Below, one piece after another: positions 33,196 to 43,865 of a stretch of 64,000 nt of DNA. The notes under the pieces were generated by a model, which saw only the letters and a list, made by a program, of their open reading frames with translations, was not told the DNA's origin and made no database searches. Location: assembly GCA_963773595.1 (NCBI GenBank), contig CAVZBQ010000003.1, positions 187,655-251,654 of the forward strand, read 5' to 3'. A program made the translations under genes and the position numbers. The stretch is from an uncultured Actinomycetota bacterium (GTDB taxonomy: Bacteria > Actinomycetota > Actinomycetes > Propionibacteriales > Propionibacteriaceae). Each line of letters begins with the position of its first letter. Position 1 is the stretch's first letter.

Positions 33196-34395
33196 TCAGC
33201 CCTCGACGACGCTCGCGGCGAGGACCGACTCGTGCGCACGGATGGCTGCCAGCAGGTCCGCGTCGGGCTGCTGCTCGAGCGAGATCCGTGCGACGGCGGC
33301 CTCCGAACCCTCGAAGACCGTGTTGGACATCTCCTGGACGTTGATGCCGGCGGCGCTGATCGCGTCGAGGCAGGCGGCGAGGACGCCGGGACGGTCGAGG
33401 TGGCGCACGACGAGGGCGCACACGGCCGGCGTGACAGCTGCGATGTTCACGGCGTTCGGCACCTCACCGGTGCTGGCGAACACGCTGATCACGCGGACGG
33501 CCTCGGCGGCGATCGCTTCCTGCGCCTGCGCGGTCGATGCGCCGATGTGGTGGGTGCCGTACACGTCGGTGAGCTTGCCGACAGCCCCGCCGTACTCGCC
33601 GCTGCCACCGGCGGGCTCGTCGGCGTACACGTCCAGGCCGGCACGCAGCCCGTGGCTGTCGATGGCTGCGATCAGCGCGTCCTCGTCGACCACCTCTCCG
33701 CGGGAGGTGTTGATGAAGAGGGCGCCCGGCTTCATGGCACCGAAGAACGCAGGCCCGCAGAGTCCGCGCGTGCCGTCATTGAGGGCGACGTGCACGCTGA
33801 CCACGTCGGCGGCAGCTGCCACGGCCTCCGGCGATGCGAGCGCCTTCACGCCGAGGGCCTCGGCACGCTCGGGCGTGAGGCTGCGGCTCCAGGCCACGAC
33901 CTTCATGCCGAACCCCTTGGCGATGCCGATCATCGCGGAGCCGATCCCGCCGACACCGACGAGGCCGAGCGTGCGTCCGTACAGCCCGTTCGCCGCCGAG
34001 TACTCCGCCTTGTTCCAGCGGCCCTCGCGCAGGTCGAGCGCGTTGTGCACGATCCGCCGGTCGAGCGCGAGGATCAGCCCGAACGCCAGCTCCGCGACGG
34101 CGATCGCGTTCTTGCCGGGGCAGTTGGACACGTAGATCCCGCGGCGGGAGGCCTCGGCGACGTCGATCGTGTTGTAGCCGGCACCGGCGCGCACGACGAG
34201 CGCGAGCGCACCGGCGGCGAGCACGTCGGCCGGCACCTTGGTGCCGCGGACGACGAGCACCTCGGGCTGGAGTGAGGCCACGGCCTCGGCGAGCGCGGCG
34301 CCGGAGAGTTGTGGGTTGATGGTGACGTCGATGCCGAGTGCGGTCAGGGCGTCGATGCCCGACTGCTCGAAGCTGTCAGCGATGAGTACGTGCAT
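33196..34395 (-). CDS. serA: D-3-phosphoglycerate dehydrogenase-like 2-hydroxyacid dehydrogenase with ACT domain
   Basis: RAGAGYNTID, GVGGIG, INTSRG, HHIGAST, HLDRPGVL (ACT). Confidence 0.8.
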   Translation of the reverse strand: MHVLIADSFEQSGIDALTALGIDVTINPQLSGAALAEAVASLQPEVLVVRGTKVPADVLAAGALALVVRAGAGYNTIDVAEASRRGIYVSNCPGKNAIAVAELAFGLILALDRRIVHNALDLREGRWNKAEYSAANGLYGRTLGLVGVGGIGSAMIGIAKGFGMKVVAWSRSLTPERAEALGVKALASPEAVAAAADVVSVHVALNDGTRGLCGPAFFGAMKPGALFINTSRGEVVDEDALIAAIDSHGLRAGLDVYADEPAGGSGEYGGAVGKLTDVYGTHHIGASTAQAQEAIAAEAVRVISVFASTGEVPNAVNIAAVTPAVCALVVRHLDRPGVLAACLDAISAAGINVQEMSNTVFEGSEAAVARISLEQQPDADLLAAIRAHESVLAASVVEG

Positions 34396-34426
34396 GGCTC
34401 GACCCTAACGCCACCAGGACGCGCGA

Positions 34427-34457
34427 AGGGCCCCCGGCGGCAATCGCCAGGGGCCCT
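34427..34457. terminator. Intrinsic terminator hairpin after the YccA-family gene
   Basis: AGGGCCCC-CGGCG-gcaat-CGCCA-GGGGCCCT. Confidence 0.65.
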
Positions 34458-34469
34458 CTCAGCTACCGG

Positions 34470-35287
34470 TTACCGGCGGAAGTACGACAGCAACCGCAGG
34501 ATCTCGATGTACAGCCAGACCATGGTCACGGTGAGGCCGAAGGCCGCCCGCCAGGACTCGGACGCGGCCGCGCCCATCGCAACGCCCTGCTCGATGAAGT
34601 CGAAGTCGAGGATCAGGTTGAACACGGCGAGGCCGACGCCGAGCGCGGAGATCGCCAGCAGCAGGCACCATGCTGGTGCCGGTGCCGAACAGGAAGTTGA
34701 CGCCGAACAACGACATGATGAAGTTCACGAACAGCACGCCGGCGTAGGCGATCGTGCCGATCATGACCATCTTGCGGAACTTGCTGGTGACCCTGATCCG
34801 GAAGAACTTGTAGGCCGCCGAGCGTGACGGCTGCCGCCACGAGGGTGCCCATGACCGCTGCCGGGACGATGCCGCTGTACAGGGTCTCGAAGACCTTGCT
34901 GATGGCGCCGATGAAGACGCCCTCGATCGCGGCGTAGGCCAGCACGAAGGCCGGGTTGATCTGGCGGCGGAAGCTGACCAGCAGCACGACGCCGAAGGAC
35001 ACCAGCCCGCCGATGATCCATGCCGGCATCAGCAGGGCCGGCGGCAGGAACAGGAACGTGAGCGCAGCGACGGCCATGAGGGTGCCCATGGTGATGGCGC
35101 TCTTGGTGATGACGTCGTCGATCGTCATCCGGCCGGCCTGGACCGGCGGGTTCACCTGACCGAAGTCGGACGGCTGGCCCGGGTAGCTGTCCGGGCACTG
35201 CTGGCCGGGGTACTGGGCGTACTGGCTGGATGTGGTCGTACCCTGCCAGGCGTCGGGCCTCGACAGGACCGGGTTGTTGCTCTGCAT
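34470..35287 (-). CDS. Bax inhibitor-1/YccA family membrane protein (frameshifted)
   Basis: MQSNNPVL, MTIDDVITK, YAAIEG; LDFDFIE..W.AAFGL.VT.VWLYIEILR in shifted frames. Confidence 0.88.
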
Positions 35288-35441
35288 GATTTCTTGATTC
35301 CTCCCTGGATGGGCGACGGCGAACCGTCGTCGGGTTCCATGTTAGGGAACGTTCCTGAGACCCGGCTATGTTCCGTCGTCCAGCGCGTCCCTGATCCCAC
35401 CCTGATCCCTGCGTAGTCCAGAAGTCGTAGGCCAGACCCCT

Positions 35442-35455
35442 TTTGATCGATCCAA
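35442..35455. promoter_or_regulatory. LacI-type operator upstream of GH65
   Basis: TTTGATCGATCCAA; matches the sites at 38772 and 38827. Confidence 0.75.
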
Positions 35456-35513
35456 TGACCTTGCTAGTGTGCTCGTGAAGTATCCGCGCCTTACGTCCCC
35501 TGCGAGCTGCCAC

Positions 35514-37713
35514 ATGAACGAGCTGCGTGCCCTCGACCTCGCCGCCGGCGACCCGGCGACCTGGCAGGTCAGCGAGGACGCCTTCGACCCCGACGCCCAA
35601 CTCCACAGCGAGACGGTGTTCACGATCGGCAACGGCCAGCTGTGCGTGCGCGGCAGTTTCGAGGAGGGTTACCCCGGCGACCACCCGGCAGCGTTCATGC
35701 ACCGCGTCTGGGACGACATGCCGGTCTCCGTCACCGAACTTGCCAACCTGCCCCGCTGGTGGGGCGTCGACCTGTGGTTCGACGGCGAGCGCTTCCGCCT
35801 CGACACCGGCCGCCTGCTCGGCCTTCACCCGGCGCCTCGACCTGCGCACCGGCGTCCTCAGCAGGACCGTGCGCTGGGAGGCGCCCTCCGGCGCCGTCGT
35901 CGAGCTGGGCTTCGAGCGGTTCGTCGACTTCTCCTCCCCGCATCGGGCGGCCGTCCGCGTCAGCGTCGCCAGCGACCGTCCCGTCCAGGTGCGGACGCGA
36001 GCGGGCCTCGACGCCCACGTCGAGAACACCGGGCTGCTGCACTGGCGACTGGTCGACCAGGGCGCGACGACGCTGCGGCCTGGCTGCACACCCGCACCAG
36101 GACGACCCGCATCGACCTGGGCAGCGCCTGCGCCGTGACGCTCGACGGCGTCGAGGCGGACGCGGCGGCAGGCGGCACGGACGGCGTCCCGACCGTCGAG
36201 CACGCCTTCGAGCTGCGCCCCGGCCGGACGGCACGGCTCACCAAGCACGTGGCGATCGTCTCCGGCGTCGACGCAGCCGACCCGGTCGCCAGCGGCGTCC
36301 CGCCTCGCGCGGGAAGCGGCGGAAGCCGGCTGGGAACGCCCTGCGGGAGGCCAGCGACACCGCCTGGGCCGCAGGCCTGGGAGCGCAGCGACGTCGTGAT
36401 CGAAGGCGACCCCGAGGCGCAGCTGGCGCTGCGGTTCAGCCTGTTCCAGCTGCTCATCGCCGCCCCCCGGTTCACCGAGCACGCCAGCATCGGCGCCAAG
36501 ACCCTCAGCGGGTTCGGCTACCGGCACCACGTGTTCTGGGACACCGAGACGTTCATGGTGCCGCCGTTCAGCTACAGCCAGCCGGAGATCGCCCGGAACA
36601 TGCTGATGTACCGCTGGCACGGCCTCGCCGGCGCCCGCGACAAGGCGCGTGGCAACGGCCACCGCGGCGCCCAGTTCCCGTGGGAGTCGGCCGGCACCGG
36701 CGAGGAGGTCACGCCCACCTGGGTGCCCGACCCCGACGACCGCACGAAGCTGATCCGCATCTGGACCGGCGACATCGAGATCCACATCACCGCCGACATC
36801 GCCCTCGCGGTCATGCAGTACTGGCTGGTCACCGGCGACGACACCTTCATCTGCGACCACGGCGCGGAACTGATCCTCGACGGTGCGGTCTTCTGGGCCT
36901 CCGCAGCGACGCTGGAGGACGACGGCAGTTACCACTTCCGCAACGTCGTCGGACCCGACGAGTACCACGACCGGGTGGACGACAACGCCTACACCAACCA
37001 GCTGGCCGCCTGGCACCTGCGGACGGCGACAACGATGGCCGGGTGGCTCGCCGAGCACCACCCGGAACGCTGGACGGAGCTGTCGGCGGCGCTGGCCATC
37101 GACGCGGCAGAGCTCGACCGCTGGTCGGCGGTGGCCTCGGCGATGTACCTGCCGGTGGGCTCCGACGGCCTGCTCGAGCAGTTCGCCGGCTACTTCGCGC
37201 TCACCGACCTGGATGTCGCGGAGCTCCGCGACCCGTCCCGCACGGTCTCCATGCAGCAGCGCTACGGCATCGACGGCATCGCGGAGACCCAGGTCCTGAA
37301 GCAGCCGGACGTGCTGATGCTGGCCTACCTGCTGCCCGAGTTGTTCCCCGGCGACGGCGCTGGCCCGCAACTACGCCTACTACGACCCCCGCACCGACCA
37401 CGAGCACGGCTCGAGCCTCGGCCCGGCGATCAGCGCTGTGATGGCCTGCCGTGCCGGCGAGCCGGAGGTCGGCTACCAGCACTTCCTGCGTGCGGCGCGG
37501 GCCGACCTGCTCGACGTGCGGCACAACGCCGGCGACGGGATCCACGGGGCGTCTGCCGGCGGCCTGTGGCAGGCGGTCGTGTTCGGCTTCGCGGGGCTCG
37601 AGGTGACAGCGGACGGCTGGCACACCACGCCGATGCTGCCGAAGCACTGGACGCGGGTCGAGTTCGGCTTCGACCACCACGGCGTCCGCCAACGCGTGGT
37701 GGTGGAAGCCTGA
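35514..37713 (+). CDS. Glycoside hydrolase family 65 (kojibiose/trehalose/maltose phosphorylase-like); several frameshifts
   Basis: ETVFTIGNG..RG..EE, SIGAK.LSG.GY.HHVFWDTE, GPDEYH, KQPDV, HGSSL, GIHGASAGG.WQ. Confidence 0.92.
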
Positions 37714-37732
37714 GGGGATGCCGGGAGCTCGG

Positions 37733-38754
37733 CTACTGCGCGAACGGCGCAAGTTCGCGCAGCACCAGCTCTGGGATGAGCAACTGCTGCGGTTCCTGCG
37801 GCGTCCGGCCGTCGAGAAGGTCCGCCACCATTCCGATGAGCCGCTCGGCTGCGAGCTCGACGGGCTGGTGGACGCTGGAGAGACCCAGTGCACGCGCGAC
37901 CGGGGTGTCATCGAAGCCGACCAGGGGCAGCCGGCCGTCCTTGCGGAGGCCCCGGAAGACGGTGAGCGCGCCGAGGGCGAGGGAGTCCGAGGCGCAGACG
38001 AGCGCGGTCGCGCCGCGTTCGAGCAGCACGGCTGCTGCCTCTGCGCCCGGCTGGGCGCCGTCGTCGACGCCCAGGTCGAGTGCCCGCGAGTCCGGGTAGG
38101 TCGCTGACCGCCCGCACCCACCCGGCGCGACGGTCGTCGCCGACGCCGGAGCCGGCGGGCCAGCCGAGGAAGCCGATCCGGGTGTGGCCGTCCGCGCGCA
38201 GCGACCTGGTGGCTGCCTCCGTGCCGACGCTGCCGTCCACGTCCACCCAGCAGTGGCTGTCGCCACGCTCGCCCCACGGCCGTCCGAACGCGACGAACGG
38301 CACCCGCGCCGCGATCAGGCCAGCCGGACGGGTGTCGCCGGTGAGGGTGTCGGTGAGCACCGCGACGTCGATCGACGAAGCCCGGTGGAGCGCGTCGATC
38401 ACTTCGACCTCGTCGTCGGCACTGTCGGCGGCGAAGAGGCTGATGCGGTACCCCTCGTGCTGCGCTGCGACGGCGAGGCTGTGCACGAAGCGGTCCATGA
38501 TGGTGCCATTCACCCCGTCCACGGCCGGGTAGAGCCGCAACGCGATGCTCAGTGACCGCTGGGTCCGCAGGGCACGTCCCGCTGCGGACGGCCGGTAGCC
38601 CGGAAGCTGCGATGGCTGCCAGCACACGGTCGCGCGTCTCCGGCTTCACGATCGCGGGGTTGTTGATGACATTGGAGATGGTCTGACGGGACACGCCCAG
38701 CTCGCCGGCCAGGCTCAACAGCGTCGGCCGCGCAGTTCTCAGTTCCGGGTTCAT
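37733..38754 (-). CDS. LacI family regulator (frameshift near 38600)
   Basis: TLLSLAGELGVSRQTISN HTH; PFVAFGR, LVGFDD, SSVHQP. Confidence 0.9.
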
Positions 38755-38771
38755 GCCCCACAGTCTTCCGT

Positions 38772-38840
38772 TTGGATCGATCAACTGCGACTCCGCCAAG
38801 CCGTCTCCGCAACTTCGGGGAGCTTGTTTGATCGATCAAA
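38772..38840. promoter_or_regulatory. Two LacI-type operators (autoregulation)
   Basis: TTGGATCGATCAA (38772-38784) and the perfect palindrome TTTGATCGATCAAA (38827-38840). Confidence 0.75.
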
Positions 38841-38991
38841 TCTCTCTCAATGTTCGAACGTGCCACGAATGGTTGTCAAGCAGTTCGGTGCGACCCGTTG
38901 GGCACGGTTCGATAACGGTCCCCTGCCGCGCCGCGGGCCACCGACAGGGAACCCGCTCGCACGCGCTCCAGCACACGTCGCCTGAAGCCCG

Positions 38992-39065
38992 TGCCCCCAA
39001 TGGGATTTGAACCCATACTTGGGCGGGTTTAAGCCGCCTGCCTCTGCCAGTTGGGCCATGGGGGC
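38992..39065 (-). tRNA. tRNA-Leu(UAA), short variable arm, CCA not encoded
   Basis: GCCCCCA/TGGGGGC acceptor stem, anticodon arm GGCGG-CTTAAAC-CCGCC, T-loop TTCAAAT, discriminator A. Confidence 0.95.
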
Positions 39066-39137
39066 CTGCGCGCGATTCTAGGCCCCGCGTGCCGTCGCTC
39101 GGCCGGGCATGACAAAGCCCGGCAGGGCCGCCGCGTC

Positions 39138-39265
39138 GAAGCGTCACGAAGGGCGCCGTCGCGGCTTCGCCAGGCTCAGCCACCACATCCGGGGCTTCGT
39201 CAGGCTCAGCCATCGAGGCTGTCAGCCAGTCCGCCCCGGGGCTTCGTCAGGCTCAGCCACCACAT
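39138..39265. repeat. Cluster of REP-like repeats between the HNH gene and the tRNA
   Basis: GGCTTCGYCAGGCTCAGCC at 39163, 39193 and 39240, plus a degenerate inverted half-site AAGCGTCACGAAGG at 39139. Confidence 0.8.
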
Positions 39266-40649
39266 TCAGGCCAGCCAACCTCCCCGAGCCGTCAGCTGGC
39301 GAGTTGGTGGGCTGGGTTGGCCTCGGGCGGTGCCGGGGTCTTGGCCGGTGTGGTGTCGGGCGTGGCGTAGTGGTTGTTGGTGGGGGTCGCAGCGTCGGGG
39401 CGGGATGGTTTCGGGGATCCCGTCGGCGGCGATCCGGATCTGCCATTGGTCCCGGACGCTGTAGCGGGCGGGTTCGAGCAGGCCGTGGTGGTGGTGACAC
39501 AACAAGGCCAGGTTCGACAGGGCGGTCAGGCCGCCGTGCCACCACGGGATGATGTGGTGGGCTTCGCATTCGGTGGGGCGGGCGTGGCAGCCGGGGAACA
39601 CACACCCCCCGTCCCGCAGCACCAGCGCTGCCCGCAGGTCCGGCGGTACCAGCCGGTGGTCCCGGCCGACATCGAGCACGGTGCTGGGCCCGCCGAGGAC
39701 GGCGGGGAGCAGGTCGGCGTCGCAGCACACCCGGCGCAGGTCCCCGGCGCTGAGCGGTTCCCCGTCCCCGATCAGCCCGGCGCCGGTCGCGTCGGCGAGC
39801 AGCTTGGCTGTAGTCGACGGTGACCACGATCCGTGGCCGGTCACCACCCACCTTCGGGGCGCGGCGGCCTTGGGTGTGGTGCAGGATCATCGCGATCAGC
39901 GCATCAGCCCGGCGTTGTTCCGGGGTCAGCCCGGTACCGGCCGGGTCGCGTTCCTCCAGGGCGGTGCGGCGCTTCGATTCGGTGTAGGCATCCAGTTGGG
40001 CGATCCAGGCCTCGCCGTCGACCAGGGGCAGGCTGCCGGTGAACAGGATCGAGCCGTTCCCGTCCCGGCGGAACACCAACGACCGGTTCCGCTGCGCCGC
40101 CTCGGCCTGGCGCTGCAGCCGCCGCTCCAGGGTCTCATCAGCCTGCGCCGGTGCGACCTGCGCCAACACCTGCGGCGTCGCCTTCGCCAAACGGTCGGCG
40201 TCCATGCTGCCCGCCATGTCCAGCAGCAACTGCTTCGGCCTGGGCCTGCTGGGTCTCGTTCAACTCGTCCAGACCCGCCGAGCACGCCGCTGATCGCCTT
40301 GGCCTGGTTCACGCTGATCCGTCCCGCCGCCGCTGCCTGCGCCACGTCAGGATGCTCGGCCAGCTCCTTGGCCTGGTGCAGCATGCCGGCGGCTTCCCGT
40401 TTCGACAGGCCACCCTGCACCGTCAACCACGACGTGGTCGGTGTCCCGGCCTGCTGCAGCGACTCCTGCGCCGCATCAGCCTTCGCCAGCAGCACCGCCG
40501 ACAACGCCGTCAACCGCGACGCCAAGCGCCCGTGCCAGCTGGGCACACTCCAACCGCTCACCACGGCCAACCAGGCCGGCATCGAACCCGTCAAGGCTGC
40601 CCTTGATCCCGTCCAACACCCGCCTCGCCGGGGACGTCTGAAGCTCCAT
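39266..40649 (-). CDS. DUF222 + HNH endonuclease (13E12-repeat-like element); frameshifted, 3' end approximate
   Basis: QRRADAL, LRRVCCDA, LDVGR..R, RDGGCVFPGC, CEAHHIIPW..GG.T...NLALLCHHHH. Confidence 0.9.
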
Positions 40650-40655
40650 GGAACA

Positions 40656-40697
40656 AGTCAAACACCCGCCACTGACACTAATCGAACAGAGGTACGA
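40656..40697 (-). promoter_or_regulatory. DNA-damage promoter: PafBC/RecA-NDp-like motif plus SOS box
   Basis: TGTCAG-N10-TTGACT 6 nt before the ATG; TCGAAC-agag-GTACGA (40682-40697), one mismatch to TCGAAC-N4-GTTCGA. Confidence 0.7.
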
Positions 40698-40710
40698 ATG
40701 TGGGGGTCAA

Positions 40711-41786
40711 TCAGGAACGCGGCGGCGGAGCGGTGCTGGCCCGCACCACCAGCTGCGGCACCCGCAGTAGCGGGTTGGGCGCCTGCTCGTCGCTCAGGAC
40801 GGCGAGCATGACCTCCATGGCGTCGCGTCCGAGCTGGGCGAAGTCCTGGTGCATCGTGGTCAGCGGCGGCGAGAAGTGCGCGGCCTCGGGGATGTCGTCG
40901 AAGCCGACAACGCTCACCTGGTCGGGCACGGAGAGGTGCGCCTCGGTGAGGGCGTGGATCAGGCCGAGGGCCATCTGGTCGTTCCCGCAGAACGCGGCGG
41001 TGAACGGGCCCTCGGCGAGCAGCCGCTGACCGCCGGCGTAGCCGCTGGCCGCCGACCAGTCCCCGATGATCGGTTCGTGGGCGACGAGACCGTTGTCACC
41101 CAGCGCGTCCCGCCAGCCGCGGATGCGCTCGAGGGCGTCCATCGAGTCGATCGGGCCGGCGATGTGGCGGATCTCGCGGTGGCCGAGCTCGATCAGGTGA
41201 CGGACGGCGCGGCGCGCGCCCTGGTACTGGTCGAGGTGCACCCGGTGGAGCTGCGAGCCCTGCGACACGACGGCGAGGAACGGCACGCCCGAGTTCCATG
41301 CCCTGCAGCACGCCGAGGGACGAGCGGTTGCGACGTGATCAGCACGATCGCCTCGACGTTCTGCCGCACCAGCACCTCGGCTGCCTGGCGCAGCGCGGCC
41401 GGGTCCGCCTGCAGCAGGCTGGCCATGATCACCGCGTAGCGCTCGTCGCGCGCCGCCTCGTTGAAGTACAGCGCCGTCGTCGTCGGCCCGTGGTCGGGGG
41501 CTCCGGTGGTGATCAGCCCGATCGTCCGGGAGCGCCGGGTGACCAGCGCCCGCGCGGCAGGGGACGGGATGTAGCGCAGCTGCTTGATCGCCCGCTCGAC
41601 CCGCTCGCGCGTGGCCGGGCGCACGTTCGGCAGGTCGTTCAGCACGCGCGACACCGTCTGGTGGGACACCCCAGCGAGGCGCGCCACATCGAAGATGGTG
41701 GCGGCCTTCGTCCGCTCCTCTTCGATCAAGGTGCCTGCTGTTCCTGACTTGCGTCGTTCTGTGCCCGCGGCTGATGTTATCGACAC
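40711..41786 (-). CDS. LacI family regulator (frameshift near 41300; start uncertain)
   Basis: TIFDVARLAGVSHQTVSRVLN; NDQMALG; SVVGFDD; PPLTT. Confidence 0.92.
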
Positions 41787-41796
41787 TGGAAGTGCC

Positions 41797-42813
41797 TCAC
41801 GTCCGTCTGGAGGTGAGGACCTTCTGCAGGATGATGAAGACCAGCAGCAGCGCGCCGATGAAGATCTTGGTCCACCAGGAACTGAGCGTTCCCTCGAACG
41901 TGATGATCGTCTGGATCAGGCCCAGCACCAGCACCCCCAGCGCAGAGCCGACGACGAACCCGTAGCCACCGCTCAGCAGCGTGCCGCCGATGACGACCGC
42001 GGCGATGGCGTCCAGTTCCGTGCCGACGGCTGTGAGCGCGTAGCCCGACAGCGTGTAGAAGGCGTAGAGCACCCCGGCGAGGCCGGAGCAGAAGCCGCTG
42101 ATCACGTAGACCAGCACCTTGGTGCGGGACGTCGGCAGGCCCATCAGCATGCCGGACTGCTCGCCGCCGCCGATCGCGTAGGTCGTGCGGCCGAAGCGGG
42201 TGTACTGCAGCACCCACACCCCGATCGCCAGCGCGACGAGCGCGACGACGACGCTCGGGCTGACGCTCAGGCCGAACCCGAGCGGGATCCGCACGTTGGC
42301 CATCGCGACGAAGAACGGGTGGTCGATGCTGATCGACTCCTTGGCGATGATGTAGCACAGGCCGCGCGCGAGGAACATCGCAGCGAGGGTCGCGATGAAC
42401 GGCTGCACCTTGAAGATGTGGATCATCAGCCCCACCAGCAGGCCGAGGGTCGAGGTGGCCACGAGGATCACGAGGATCACGAGCGCCGGGCTCCAGCCCG
42501 CCTGCAGCAGCCGCGCAGCGATGATCGTGGACAGCGCCACGACCGCTCCCACCGAGAGGTCGATGCCGCCGGTGATGATCACGAAGCTCATGCCGATCGC
42601 GAGGACGATCAGGTAGGAGTTGTCGATCAGCAGGTTCAGGAACACCTGGCCGGAGAAGAACCCGCGGTAGCGGAGCCCGCCGGCGATGAAGATCAGCACG
42701 AACAGCACGGCGGTCACGAGGATCGGCCCGGACTTGGGGCTGGTGAAGACATCGACGATCCGCCGCCAGGCGCGGGTCAGGCCGGACGCCGGCGCGAGCG
42801 TGAGGCTGGTCAT
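41797..42813 (-). CDS. yjfF: Sugar ABC permease, YjfF-like
   Basis: GGIDLSVG, QPFIATLAAMFLARG, ELDAIAAVVIGGTLL.GG.G, SSWWTKI. Confidence 0.88.
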   Translation of the reverse strand: MTSLTLAPASGLTRAWRRIVDVFTSPKSGPILVTAVLFVLIFIAGGLRYRGFFSGQVFLNLLIDNSYLIVLAIGMSFVIITGGIDLSVGAVVALSTIIAARLLQAGWSPALVILVILVATSTLGLLVGLMIHIFKVQPFIATLAAMFLARGLCYIIAKESISIDHPFFVAMANVRIPLGFGLSVSPSVVVALVALAIGVWVLQYTRFGRTTYAIGGGEQSGMLMGLPTSRTKVLVYVISGFCSGLAGVLYAFYTLSGYALTAVGTELDAIAAVVIGGTLLSGGYGFVVGSALGVLVLGLIQTIITFEGTLSSWWTKIFIGALLLVFIILQKVLTSRRT

Positions 42814-43865
42814 TGCGACACCGCCACTTCTGCGACCGGCTTCGGTGCGGGCGAGCGGCGTCGTCGCCATCGGGCGAAGGCCGCGGAGGTGGTCTCCGAC
42901 TGCAGCAGGCAGACCGCGGTCACGACGGCGGCCTTGAACACCATCGTCGCGATCGGCGGGATGCCGACGGTGTAGACGGTGGTCACGAGGGTCTGGATCA
43001 CCAGTGCGCCCACGAGCGTGCCGGCGAGGGAGTACCGGCCACCGTTGAGCGAGGTGCCGCCGAGGACGACCGCGAGGATCGCGTCCAGCTCGATGAACAG
43101 GCCGGTGTTGTTGGCGTCGGCCGCCGTCTGGTTGGACGTGAGGATCAGGCCGGCGATCGCTGCGAGGACTGCGCAGAACGCGTACACGGTGAACAGCAGG
43201 CCCCGGGCGCGGACGCCGGCCTGGCGGCTGGCCTCGGGGTTGATGCCGACGCTCTCGATCAGCAGCCCGAGCGCCGTCCGGCGGGTGAGGAGCGCTGCGA
43301 AGATGATGATCACCGCGCCGACGATCGTCGCGACCGGGATTCCGAGCACGAAGCCCGAGCCGAGGAACTTGAACGGCGCGCTCTCCACGGTGAGGATGTT
43401 GCCCTCGGTGATCAGCATCGCGATGCCGCGTCCGGCCGTCATCAGGATCAGGGTCGCGATGATCGGCTGGATGCCGAGCACGGCGACGAGGAAGCCGTTC
43501 CAGACGCCCAGCAGCAGCGACAGTCCGACAGCTGCGAGCACGGCGACGCCAACGACGGCCGGATCGTCCGGGTTCGGCGAGCCGAGGATGATCGAGCAGG
43601 CGACGGCCCCGGAGATCGCGCAGACCGAGCCGACCGACAGGTCGATGCCGCGGGTCGCGATCACCAGCGTCATGCCGACGGCGATGATCAGGGTCGGCGC
43701 ACCGTTGCGGACGATGTCGATGAGGCTGCCGAACAGGTGCCCCTCGCTGTTCACCGTGATCGAGAGGAAGCCGGGCACGGCGATCACGTTGATGGCCAGC
43801 AACGCCACCAGCATGACCACCGGCCAGAACAACCGGTGGGAAACGGCACGGCCCAGGTACTTCAC
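42810..43865 (-). CDS. ytfT: Sugar ABC permease, YtfT-like
   Basis: [47 protein letters not shown]. Confidence 0.85.
   Translation of the reverse strand: MKYLGRAVSHRLFWPVVMLVALLAINVIAVPGFLSITVNSEGHLFGSLIDIVRNGAPTLIIAVGMTLVIATRGIDLSVGSVCAISGAVACSIILGSPNPDDPAVVGVAVLAAVGLSLLLGVWNGFLVAVLGIQPIIATLILMTAGRGIAMLITEGNILTVESAPFKFLGSGFVLGIPVATIVGAVIIIFAALLTRRTALGLLIESVGINPEASRQAGVRARGLLFTVYAFCAVLAAIAGLILTSNQTAADANNTGLFIELDAILAVVLGGTSLNGGRYSLAGTLVGALVIQTLVTTVYTVGIPPIATMVFKAAVVTAVCLLQSETTSAAFARWRRRRSPAPKPVAEVAVSQ

Noticed and set aside
39138-39265. Mini CRISPR array
   Set aside because: Repeats are 19 bp with unequal short gaps (11 and 28 nt), no cas genes are present, and copies are dispersed elsewhere.
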